DNA of 31,942 nucleotides from Paraspadella gotoi (lineage: Eukaryota; Animalia; Chaetognatha): the NCBI GenBank assembly GCA_051294375.1, contig CM119267.1, positions 15,024,731-15,056,672 on the forward strand. The letters run 5' to 3'. The notes under the pieces are model-generated. The model was not told where the DNA came from and ran no database searches. It saw nothing but the letters and a program-made list of their open reading frames with translations. Every line of letters starts with the position of its first letter. Position 1 is the stretch's first letter. This document shows positions 17,301 through 27,867 of the stretch, in pieces. Position numbers and translations under genes: made by a program.

Positions 17301-17468
17301 CCTTGCGAAAAAATCTTTCGAACAAAAAAGTTTCCTTAGTGTTTTTACGTTGGGTTACGATAGTTTGAGGTTAGAAATTAGGGGAGTTTTATTAGAGTTT
17401 CGAGCTTCTAGTTTAGATAAAGCTTTGATGATCGAGCCATCCTGGAAGGGGAGATCGAAGGCTGAAGG

Positions 17469-19719
17469 ATGCGGGAGATAGTCTCGCTGATGGCCGGTCA
17501 GTGCGGCAATCAGATCGGCGGCAAGTTTTGGGAGGTCATCTCAGGTCAGTGGAGGAAGATTATTGACTTGGCCACTATTTGCCCGTTTGCCAGTTATTTC
17601 CATTTCAATCATCTTCCACGAACGATTTTTAATCTCAGACGAGCACGGGGTCGATCCCTCCGGCGCTTATCACGGCGACAGCGATTTGCAGTTGGAGAGA
17701 ATCAACGTGTATTTCAACGAAGCTTCAGGTTAGAAATACAGGTCAGCTCTTGCATCAAAGAGACGTCATTAAATTTTGACAAAACACAAATGACGTTTCT
17801 GAATCAACGCCTACGCAGGCGGAAAGTACGTTCCGCGTGTCATACTCGCCGATCTGCAACCCGGCACGATGGAAGCCGTTCGCTCGGGTCCGTTCGGACG
17901 ATTGTTTCGTCCGGACAACTTTATTTTCGGACAGAACGGAGCGGGCAACAACTGGGCCAAGGGTCATTACACGGAAGGAGTGGAAATCATGGATGCCATT
18001 CTGGACGTGGTTCGAAAGGAAGCGGAGACTTGCGACTGCTTGCAAGGTTGGTGCGACATGCATTTGTTCTCAAAAGCAAAGGAATAATTCTTTTCTCTAC
18101 TATTTAATTAATCATCCTGTTTTGACATTAGTCTTGTTTGATGTTATTCTTAATCCCCGTACTGAATCAACCGTGTTGAATTTGAAATCAAACGCATATT
18201 GTGAAACCATCACATTGTAACATCTCCATCTAAACTATCAAGCATGTTGCCCAGGATTCCAATTAAACCAATCCCTCGGTGGCGGGTCCGGCTCCGGCAT
18301 GGGCACCCTACTAATCTCCAAAATTCGCGAAGAATATCCCGACCGCATCATGTGCACTTTCTCCGTCGTACCATCGCCCAAAGTGTCCGACGTGGTGGTG
18401 GAACCGTACAACTGTACGTTGTCCGTGCATCAGCTCGTCGAAAACACGGACGAGACTTTCTGTATCGACAACGAAGCTTTGTACGACATCTGTTTCCGCA
18501 CGCTAAGGCTGACGACACCGACGTACGGGGATTTGAATCATATAGTTTCGGCGGCCATGGCCGGCATCACGACCTGTTTGAGATTTCCGGGTGAGATGGT
18601 CAGCTTTAAAAGTTTCTTAAGCTTGACGTGTCGTTTTGCCCTAGCTGCTCTTGTTACTTCTTGATTGATTAGAATTTTAAAGAAGCTCAGCATCACTGAC
18701 TCTCTAATTTAAGATGATCCACAAATTATAATTTTATGGCTATACCAATACCATTTATACAATAACAACGGAAATTTTCCTATCCAAAGCATTCCCAATC
18801 CCTTGGAACTGAGAAGAGCTTCTATATTTTGGCAAAAGCTATGAAACCGTTGCAGGTCAACTCAACGCGGACCTGCGCAAACTGGCCGTGAACATGGTCC
18901 CCTTCCCCCGTCTACACTTCTTCGTCCCCGGCTTCGCGCCGCTCACATCGCGCGGATGTCAGCAGTACCGAGCCTTGACGGTGCCGGAGCTAGTGCAACA
19001 AATGTTTGACACAAAGAACATCATGGCCGCCGTGGATCCGAGACATGGCAGGTTTAACAGTTTCAATTCGCCCTGGGCGTTTTGGGTTGAGGAATAATTA
19101 AACGATACGAAACAAATGCGATACCGAGGACTCGTCTTGTCTCTCTAGCCAGTAAAATACAGTAGATGCCCGCTCTCACACCTTTTCTTCTCGCATTTTC
19201 AATCTTCAGATACTTGACCGTGGCAGCCATGTTTCGCGGACGCATGAGCACGAGGGAAGTGGAAGAGCAGATGCTCAACGTCCAGAACAAGAATGCCTCA
19301 TACTTCGTGGAGTGGATCCCCAACAACCTGAAGACGGCCGTGTGCGACATACCGCCGCGCGGACTCAAGATGTCCGCGACCTTTATCGGCAACACGACGG
19401 CGCTGCAAGAGCTCTTCAAGAGAGTGGGAGAACAGTTCACGGCCATGTTCAGGCGGAAGGCCTTTCTGCATTGGTACACGGGTGAGCTGGGTTGAGACGG
19501 GAGAAACAAAAAAAAAAACAACAACAACAAAACGAGAGAAGAAAACGTTTTCTGTCAGGCGAAGGCATGGACGAGATGGAGTTTTCGGAAGCAGAGTCGA
19601 ACATGAACGATTTAGTGGCGGAGTATCAACAGTATCAAGATGCCTCCGCCGAGTCGGAGGGGGAGGACGAAGAGGAGGAGGAGGAGGAAGAGGAAGAAGA
19701 AGAAGAGGAAGAAGAATGA
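17469..19719 (+). CDS. TUBB: Beta-tubulin, divergent isotype, 7 exons, 452 aa
   Basis: Exons 17469-17544, 17639-17728, 17819-18046, 18255-18590, 18856-19051, 19210-19481 and 19559-19719 total 1359 nt in frame, all with GT-AG introns. Motifs: MREI start, [83 protein letters not shown] and an acidic tail. Confidence 0.97.
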
Positions 19720-19774
19720 GGAGATGGTTAAGGGGGAGGAGTGAGAATAAGGGTTAACCTTGTTCGCGTTTGTC

Positions 19775-19780
19775 AATAAA
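19775..19780 (+). promoter_or_regulatory. Likely polyadenylation signal of beta-tubulin
   Basis: AATAAA 55 nt after the stop codon, with a second copy at about 19799. Confidence 0.5.
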
Positions 19781-20234
19781 AGAGGGGATTGTTATTGTAA
19801 ATAAAAAAAAGAAACGATATATTTTACAGATTATTGTCGAAACGTAATACTACGGTGAAATTACGTCTATAGCGAGAATAAGCGAGTAATGGGCTTTGCT
19901 TAAAAGTTAATCCAAATGTTTTGATAAAAAAAAAATCTTAAAAAATCTCGTCTCGTAGACGCTAAATTTCACCGTCCTATTAATCAATGATAAAATTGCA
20001 TGGGAAATGAGATGCCAGTCATGATTCGACGCTTGTAAAGTAACGGAATCTGAAATTTTTTGTGTGGAAATTATACAAGGAAGAATTGAAATATTGATAT
20101 CACTCGTTGATTATATATTCGTAGGACCATGGTATAAAAATTTGTTTGTTCATTAGCGAAGACCCGCGGGTTTGTAGAGGGAATGGAAAAGGGGAGAAGT
20201 GGAGAGGAGAGAAGAGGGAAGGTGGCGAGGGGAG

Positions 20235-20306
20235 GAGAAGAGAAGAGAAGAGAAGAGAAGAGAAGAGAAGAGAAGAGAAGAGAAGAGAAGAGAAGAGAAG
20301 AGAAGA
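20235..20306. repeat. (AAGAG)n pentamer array between the convergent tubulin and FucT 3' ends
   Basis: About 14 near-perfect units. Confidence 0.95.
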
Positions 20307-20355
20307 AAAAGGAAAAGAGATAGGAAAGGAGAGTGTTAAAGAAAGAGAGGAGAGT

Positions 20356-20361
20356 TTTATT
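20356..20361 (-). promoter_or_regulatory. Possible polyadenylation signal of the fucosyltransferase
   Basis: AATAAA on the minus strand about 105 nt after the stop codon. Confidence 0.35.
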
Positions 20362-20467
20362 AAAGAGAGAGGAGGCGTGCAAAGACAAAAGAAAAGAAAA
20401 AAAAAAGAAAAAAAAAGAAAAGAAAAAGAGAGTAAAAGTGAAAAGCTCTTGCGACGCCCACTTCCGG

Positions 20468-22153
20468 TCATCCCGTTTTGACGACGCAGTCTTTATCTTT
20501 CGACCAAAACTCGTCGATATTTTCGTACCACTTTGGCGCGGGGGCTTCGTCGTCGTCTTCACCGCTGCCACCGCCGCCACCGCCGCTGCCCCGATTCAAC
20601 GCGGCGCAGAGTCTACAGAACCCGTCGTCGACGGTCTCTTCAACGGCTTCGAAGTCTCTCCTCCAGGCGTGGAACTCGTTGTAGAGATGATCGTGCGTGT
20701 CGAGCAGCTGGAGGAACGACGCCAGCCGGCGCGGCGACGAAAAGTTGTGCACGTCGACAAAGGAGTCGGGCGGAGCGTCGGCGGCGTAGTCGGCGCCGCC
20801 CATGACGATCGGCACCGCAGTCGTCCGCGCCAACACGCGCCAAAACTTTTCCGTGACGTAGTCCCGGCAGAGGGAGTTCTCGAAGGAGAGATAAAACTTG
20901 TAGTGATCGGAGAGCAGACGGAGGCAGTCGGGCTCGCGGGAGCGCGGGCAATCGAACTCGCCGCAAGCGCCGAAGATGTCGACGGGCACGTGGTCACGAA
21001 GTTCTCGAACGTAGTCTTCGCGTCGCGAGTCCGTTTCGCAATTGGAGACGAACCAAGCGACGAGGCGAGTCTTGTTGCGGGCGTAATCGACGAGAGGCGG
21101 ACGCGGCGGGGAGACAGCGGGGTCTTCCTCATCGCCGCCCCGCCACCAACTCCGCCACCAGCCGTCTTCGCCGCTAGCGTCTTCCGATGGCGTCCGACGC
21201 CGTCGTCGAGTTCGGCCGTAACGGACGGGGAAGTCGCTGTCCTTTCGGTAAGTCATCGTCCAGTTGAAGAGGTTGCGGAAAATCTTGAGGTCCACGTCGG
21301 TGTTGAGCGGGGATTCCTGGATTTTGGGGATGAAAGATTTCGTTTTAAAACTATTATTATATAGTATTAATGATAATAATAGTAATGAAGTATTATGTTG
21401 TATTTATAATTCGTATTATGTTATAAATAATTTTCCATTGGCGCAAATGCATTCACTCTCGCTTTGAGTTACTCTAAGAAACCTTCAATAACTGCCTTAG
21501 AGAGCTCATTCTCACTTCCCTCAAACGTCCTGAGCTTGTCAGCCCATTGGTGAAAATAAAAATAAGACATTCGAGAGTCATATGAGCAGTTTTCAACTGG
21601 CCTAAAGAGATACTTCTTAATTATATCGATAAGTTTAGCAATTGCGAAATAGTACCTGAAGAAAAAAGATCCACCGCTGATTAGAGAGTTTGACGTGCGG
21701 CACGTCGAACACGTTGGCGTCGAGAGATGGCACCATGCGTCGCTGGCGCCGGGCGGAAATCGATCCTGAGCCCGAAGCGCCGCGTCGAATGTCCCGAGGA
21801 TGGAAGACGACGGCGTCGGCTTCGACGAGCCGACTTCTGTTCGTCGTCGTCTCGCAGTTCGTCATCGGGGCATCCGGCTTCGAGAAAAGGGCGCCGCCCA
21901 GTCCGAACCCGTAGTCCGCGCGCTTCGAAAAACGGCGTCCAGAAGAGGATGAGGCGCCGTCGTTGGGAAGGGTCGACGCCGAGGCCCATCGGCGCTGCCC
22001 AGGCTGGCGTAGTAGCGGGCGTAGAGGCGGGCGCGGCGTTAGTTGGACCGAAGAGAACCAGACGCAAGTCATCGACGCCGCGGCGGTTAGAAGGAGGAGG
22101 GTGGAGAAAGGGCGGCAAGCGTGAGGCGGAAAGGTGGGAGGTGGAGGGAGCAT
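20468..22153 (-). CDS. Alpha-1,3-fucosyltransferase (GT10, FucT/FUT-like), 2 exons, ~448 aa; exon 1 appears to contain compensating frameshifts
   Basis: Exon 1 is 22153-21656 (ATG in CCACCATG context, hydrophobic N-terminal anchor, 'ADAVVFHPRD', 'QRWIFFLQ'). A phase-0 GT-AG intron spans 21655-21317. Exon 2 is 21316-20468: 'ESP...FNWTMTYRKDSD', 'VAWFVSNC', 'VDIFGACG', the alpha-1,3-FucT motif 'YKFYLSFENSLCRDYVTEKFW', 'VPIVMGG' and 'FCRLC'. Confidence 0.92.
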
Positions 22154-22159
22154 GGTGGA

Positions 22160-22163
<4 letters not shown>

Positions 22164-22218
<55 letters not shown>
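22164..22218. repeat. (AG)n microsatellite immediately 5' of the FucT start codon
   Basis: Perfect run ending about 10 nt before the ATG on the minus strand. Confidence 0.95.
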
Positions 22219-22222
<4 letters not shown>

Positions 22223-22338
22223 GCGAGGCTTAAAAATCCCTCGCAGCCTTGAGGAATGAGTTTCTGTTTTCGTTCACTTATTTGTCACGAGAGAAGAAAA
22301 AAAAAGGCTTCGTTTGTGAAAGAAGAAAAAAAAGAGCC

Positions 22339-22419
22339 GTCGGCATGGCAACACGGCTTGACACGTGGCCGCTTGGCGGAAAGACATGGCACCAGAGGGA
22401 ATGGAAAGACGTGGCACCA
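22339..22419 (-). promoter_or_regulatory. Putative fucosyltransferase proximal promoter: X-box-like element plus repeated ACGTGGC motifs
   Basis: Read on +: GTCGGCATGGCAAC (22339-22352), ACGTGGC (22363-22369 and 22409-22415) and ACATGGC (22384-22390). These lie about 190-270 bp upstream of the ATG at 22153. Confidence 0.5.
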
Positions 22420-24797
22420 TGTAGATTGTAGAATGTTTATAATTGGCAGCCGTGGAAGTGTGAAGAGATTGAAAACATGGGAAAAAAATTATTGTCCTAT
22501 TTTTTTGGTTCAGTTTCAATTTCTACACGAAAAAGTTTTTCGTCACGAAGATTCTGAAAATTTTTTTTATTTCAAAATTTCGGCGTAAATTTGGTCGAAT
22601 AATGAAAGACTTGAGGTTTGACTTTTTTTACGGCACAGTGTGACGGGGAAGTTGACGACTGCGGGAAACAAGATTCCGCCAGCATAAATTTTCTGTGGGA
22701 ACAAACATTCGAAAATCATTGATTTTTTAAGGCAAAGGTAAACAAAACAGATTCGGTCAAAAATCAAATCAAACATAGAATGAGAAAATTTTATAATTAG
22801 CCTTAAATTCGTTTCTGCGACCCACTATATTTAAACACAAATTATTAAATTTTCAAATATATATATAAAGTTTAAAAAAACAAACAAAAAAAGTCGCCGA
22901 GATTTAAAATTAAAACCGCGCGATTTTGACTTTGGCGCCGCCGCGATTTTCCTGACCGAAGACGCGTGAACCGGAAGTGAAGTGAATTCCTTCGTGAGAA
23001 TCGCGAGACGACTTCACTACGACGATGACGACGACGACGACGACAAAAAGCGCGAACGATCAAGACGTCGAAAGTGAAAATGACGACGACGACGACGATG
23101 TCGACGTCAACGATGACGACGATGAAAAGGAAAAGGGGGAAACTGAGGAGGTTCTTCTTCTTCGCAGACAACGAGAAAATGAAACGTCGAAAAATAGGGT
23201 CGATGATTGCAAAGACGTCCGTCGATGACTGACGTTCGCACGAAAAGAAAATAATAAAAAGAGAAATTGGGACTCGGACGGACAAGAAAGGAATTCGTGG
23301 CCGGCCATGGTGCATCGGGGACGCAATCGACACGCAAAATAGTGCGGCGACGATCGTGAGGACGACGATAACGACGATAACGACGACAACGACGACAACG
23401 ACGATGATTCGTGCATAGAATCGACGTGGGACGTCGATGTCGAATCAACGAAAATGAAGGAGGCAGAAAGAAAAAGAAGAATTGGACACATGAAAAAAGG
23501 GGAGGAAGACGAGAAATTTAAAAAAATATATTAAATGGATGAAATTGATGAAATACGTTTTTATGATTTTAACAAGGACTTGACAAATAATTTTTGTTGC
23601 AAATATATCTTTAAATTTTTTTTTTAATTTTTGTTACAATTAAATTGAATTTTTGTTTTTATTTCAGTAAATTCTTAATGTCTTCTGTAACATAATTTCT
23701 TCGTTTATATTTTAAATTTTCCCGATCGCATTTTTGGAATTCTGCCTTTTTATGATTTATCTTCATTCTTATTTATACAAGGACGGCACAGAACTTTAAA
23801 ATCTCGAATCCCACCCGAATCTTTCGACGCCCCTACGAATTCTGACGAACGTCGTGGCGACGAAAAGATGAAACCGGAAGTGAGGTGCGTTTTCGTCATC
23901 GTTTGAGGCGGCGTAGGCGGCGGAATTGGCGGAAACGAAGCCGGCGAAGGCAAAGGCGGACGACGAGCACCGATCCGGAAATGGCCTCTTTACAACAGGT
24001 GCGCCGGCGTCGGAGCGGCGGCGGCGGCGGCGGCGGCGGCCTTTAACGGCGTCGACGCCCATTAGCGCGACAAAAGCGAAGCGAATCGATCGACAAGGAC
24101 GAGGAAGAAAGAGGAGGAGGAGGAGGAGGAGGAAGAGGCGGAAGAAGACCGACGAAAATGAAAGAGAAAACATCGAAAAGACAAGAAAAAAGTCATCAGC
24201 GACGAAAGTAGAATGGAGAAGTAAACAAAAAGAAGAAAATCGCGTCAATGAAGACGACGAGGATGAGGAGGAAGAGGAGGAGGACGAGAGAGAGGACGAA
24301 GACGAAAACGAGGACGAAGGAAGAAAAAAAAAGGAGATCGAAGAGTTTGAGAAGCGAAGGAAAAAAAAGGGGGAAAAAACGGGGAGACGAAAAGACCGCG
24401 CGCGCGTCCAGAGAGAGAGGAGAGAGAGAGGAGAGAGAGAGATGAGAGACGAGAGAGAGAGGAGAGAGAGGAAGAGAGAGAAGAGAGATGAGAGAGGAGA
24501 GAGGAGCTAGGAAAAAGGCGCTGAGTTTTTTTGAGACGTCGCGCGGGCGGACGCGCGGGGGTGCGGTTCGGCGTTCGTCCTTGGCGTCGCCGAAAACGGG
24601 ACGGGGAGAAAACGCGTTCCGAGGGGAAAAAATGGGCGTGGCCCTCGGGCGTCGACAAGAGATGAATTCGCTCGCCGAAAGAAACGACGACTTTTTGGTC
24701 TCCAAACGCAAATTGCTTTTTTTTTTTTTTGCGGTTCCGGCTTTTTTATTTCTTAAATATACTTCTTTAACTTTTTTCTTTCTTTCTTCGTATATAT

Positions 24798-24798
24798 T

Positions 24799-24853
<55 letters not shown>

Positions 24854-24911
24854 CTTTCTTTCTTTCTTTCTTTTTCTTTTCTTTCTTTCTTTCTTTCTTT
24901 TTTCTTTCTTT
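24798..24911. repeat. (TTTC)n array
   Basis: Tetranucleotide periodicity. Confidence 0.9.
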
Positions 24912-25044
24912 CGATACATTCTTGACCCGAAGTCATGATGTCGACAGAGAATGATACGGGGAACGTGACTGTTGTTTTAATTGAATCTCGTGACCGAAGA
25001 TTTTGACCCGATCACGTGATCCAGTCTGCGTTAACCAGATAGGT

Positions 25045-25124
<80 letters not shown>

Positions 25125-25333
25125 CGCGCCTGCGGAGAAGGAAACACGAGAAGAGACAAAGAAGGCGAAAGAGAGCGAGAAAAAGGAAGGAGCGGAGTAG
25201 AAAGCGTTTTCTCGTTGATTTGCTATGGGCTGCGTCACCGTGACAGCTTGCGAAACGAGGAGGACAGGAGGAGCATGCGAGCAACGAAACGAAGAGAGAA
25301 GAGAGAGAGACGAGAAGAGAGAGAGAAAGAGGA

Positions 25334-25367
<34 letters not shown>

Positions 25368-25927
25368 CATCTCGCGCTAACGGCTTCATCTCGCGGACTT
25401 CGAAGCCGAATTCCAGGAATAAACGGGAGCCGGGCCACGCCCCCTTTCCCCACAAACCCACTAGGTTGGCTCTCTTTACCCACAAAGCCATAATAAACGC
25501 TCTCTGCCCATTCAAAGTCACTGTATTTTCTTTTCGAATATGAGTATCAACGTGCTCTACCCTCTCAAATCCAACTTTACTTCATCTAACTTCTCCCAAC
25601 CCACAAAAAAACCTTATCAACAGCATTTACCCACAACGCGACCACTATATTACTTTTTCTTTCCCCACAAACCACCATCCAGAAACCACCGTCAAACTAC
25701 TACCCTCCACTGTCTTCGTCAACCCCTTCTTCAGCCACCTCCCTTTCTCCCCCCCACTTTTCAAGTTCTACTTCAACTTCCCAAAAAAAAGTTGGATCGG
25801 GAGGCCCGAGGCGGCTGAGGCGGCGGCGGAGGCGGCAGCTGAGGCGGCGGAGGCCCCTTCTCGAGGAGAAAAAGGAAAGAGGCGTACGATGGCTGACGCC
25901 GCGCGGTAATCGTGTCCCGAGAAGACT

Positions 25928-25972
25928 GTTACCATAACAACCGTTTCCTTGGTAACGACGTGCCATGACAAC
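25928..25972. promoter_or_regulatory. Three tandem RFX X-box-like elements
   Basis: GTTACCATAACAAC (25928-25941), GTTTCCTTGGTAAC (25943-25956) and CGTGCCATGACAAC (25959-25972). Confidence 0.6.
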
Positions 25973-26032
25973 TCGTACGGTTTTTTCTCTCTTTTCCGTC
26001 TGTCTCGGGTTGTACCCACTCTACCCTGTCAG

Positions 26033-26094
<62 letters not shown>

Positions 26095-27146
26095 TCTCTC
26101 TCTCTTCTTTCTCTCTTTCCTGAATGCAAGAAGGGACGAAAAACGGACGAGAAGGAGAAAAAGTGAAGAAAAAAATTAGAAACAGAAATAGATGAAAAAA
26201 GGAAGTGGAAAAAAAGGAAAAAAAGAAGAAAAAAAAAGGGAAAAAAAGGGAAAATCCTCCGGAGAAGAAGATGAAAGAGAAACGGGAATCATGATATAAC
26301 GCGTCAAGAAACGTGAGGGATGGCGGAAGGGGGGGGGGAAGAGGAGGCGATTCGGGAAAGGGAGTGTGGGAAGAGTAGAAACTGGGAGAAAGAGAGGGAA
26401 GGAAGATTGAGAGAAAGAGAGATAGAAAGAGAAATAGAAATGGATGGAAAAGATAGAGAGAAAGACAAATAAACTTGGAGAAAAATAAAGATAAAAAAAG
26501 AATAAGAAAACATGATGAAATGAATTAGTTAGAGAGATCGAAATAAAAATATGTAGAAAAGATAGAAAGAATTTGATAAAAAAAATTGATAAAAATAGAG
26601 AGAAAAGATTTAGAGATAGAAAGAGATAAAAAGAAATAAAAAAGGATGGAGTAATGGAGATAGATAGAAGATCCAGTGAAGAAAAAGAAAATAAAATGAT
26701 GAAAGGGAAGAGAAATTATTTCAAAAAGAGCGAATATCATCTTATGCACGCGCGCAATTGGCCAGTGCCAATAACCAATTGCATATGATACATAAAACCT
26801 ATTCAGTATTCAACATTGTCAATTGAAGAATATATAATGAATTTTGGGTAAAGTTATAAAATTTATTAAAGGTAGAAAGTTTACTTTTATGCTGAATCAC
26901 TAACAAAAAATAAATAGGCAAATTTATATTTAATATCTTTATATCTATCGATATTTTTATTCATTTATTTGAAGTCGCTAATATTCAGATATAATTTGTT
27001 ATATCGTACAGAAATAATTATTTCTCCTTCTTTTTTAACAACCTTCCAGATTTAATAATCTTTTGTATAATACAAAAATAATAATTAGCTTAATTTTTTT
27101 GTTAATCTGCCTGATTGAATAATTTTCTCGATTATACATTGACTTG

Positions 27147-27430
27147 TCATTTTTGTCTCCGCTGTAAATAGAAGTCGCTGCTTTTGTAACGATCGTTCTC
27201 GTCTTTCTCAACGTCGCTGATATCGTCACTGAATTTCGAACAACTTTTTTACATCAACTATTTTTTTGTAGAAAACTACATCGGTTACGCTATGAGCGTC
27301 GTTTTGACCACGCGCGGCGTCGTTTGGGCCGCTCTGCTGTGGCGCCGGTTGCGAAAAGAAGCCGCGAGATTTCCGCGTCTCTGGAGCAGCGCTTGGCGGA
27401 GACAGACCACAATGGTTTTAAGTTTGCTTG
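27147..27430 (-). CDS. Possible last two exons of an unidentified gene
   Basis: A GC-rich segment 27430-27289 follows a TTTACACAG acceptor and ends at a GTAACC donor. A 60-nt intron (27288-27229) ends in TTCAG. Phases match, giving ...KLKTIVVCLRQALLQRRGNLAASFRNRRHSRAAQTTPRVVKTTLIA-DDISDVEKDENDRYKSSDFYLQRRQK*. I recognise no homology and could not link upstream exons. Confidence 0.3.
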
Positions 27431-27639
27431 CTGTGTAAATATAAAAAAAACTTACGAATGTGTACCGCCCTTTTTGAAATATTTTGTTCACTTACAGTTC
27501 TCTCAGTTATTTCTAAAGTTTACTTTCGGCAGGTTTTTAAAGCAAATTACCGATGTCGACTAGTTTTTATTAAGGGTCGACAGCCGAAAAGAAATCCAGT
27601 TGTAAATGGCACAGCGATATACTGAGAGAAGGTAGTGAG

Positions 27640-27675
<36 letters not shown>

Positions 27676-27817
27676 AAGAGAAGAGGAGAGAGGAGAGGAG
27701 AGAGCCATCATCTTGCATCTCGAAGGTCAAAGCGGATCGAGGACTCAATCGACGGATGTTTCTTTTTTCTTCTTGGGGGGGAGAGGTCGTTTGTTAGATC
27801 CGATGATGAATGAAGTA

Positions 27818-27867
<50 letters not shown>

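Noticed and set aside
20333-21364. 343-aa plus-strand ORF and other overlapping ORFs
   Set aside because: They are the antisense shadow of GC-rich fucosyltransferase exon 2.
23926-24510. 194-aa Arg/Glu/Lys-rich ORF
   Set aside because: It is built from GGC, GAG and GA repeats, with no ATG start, no splice support and no recognisable domain.
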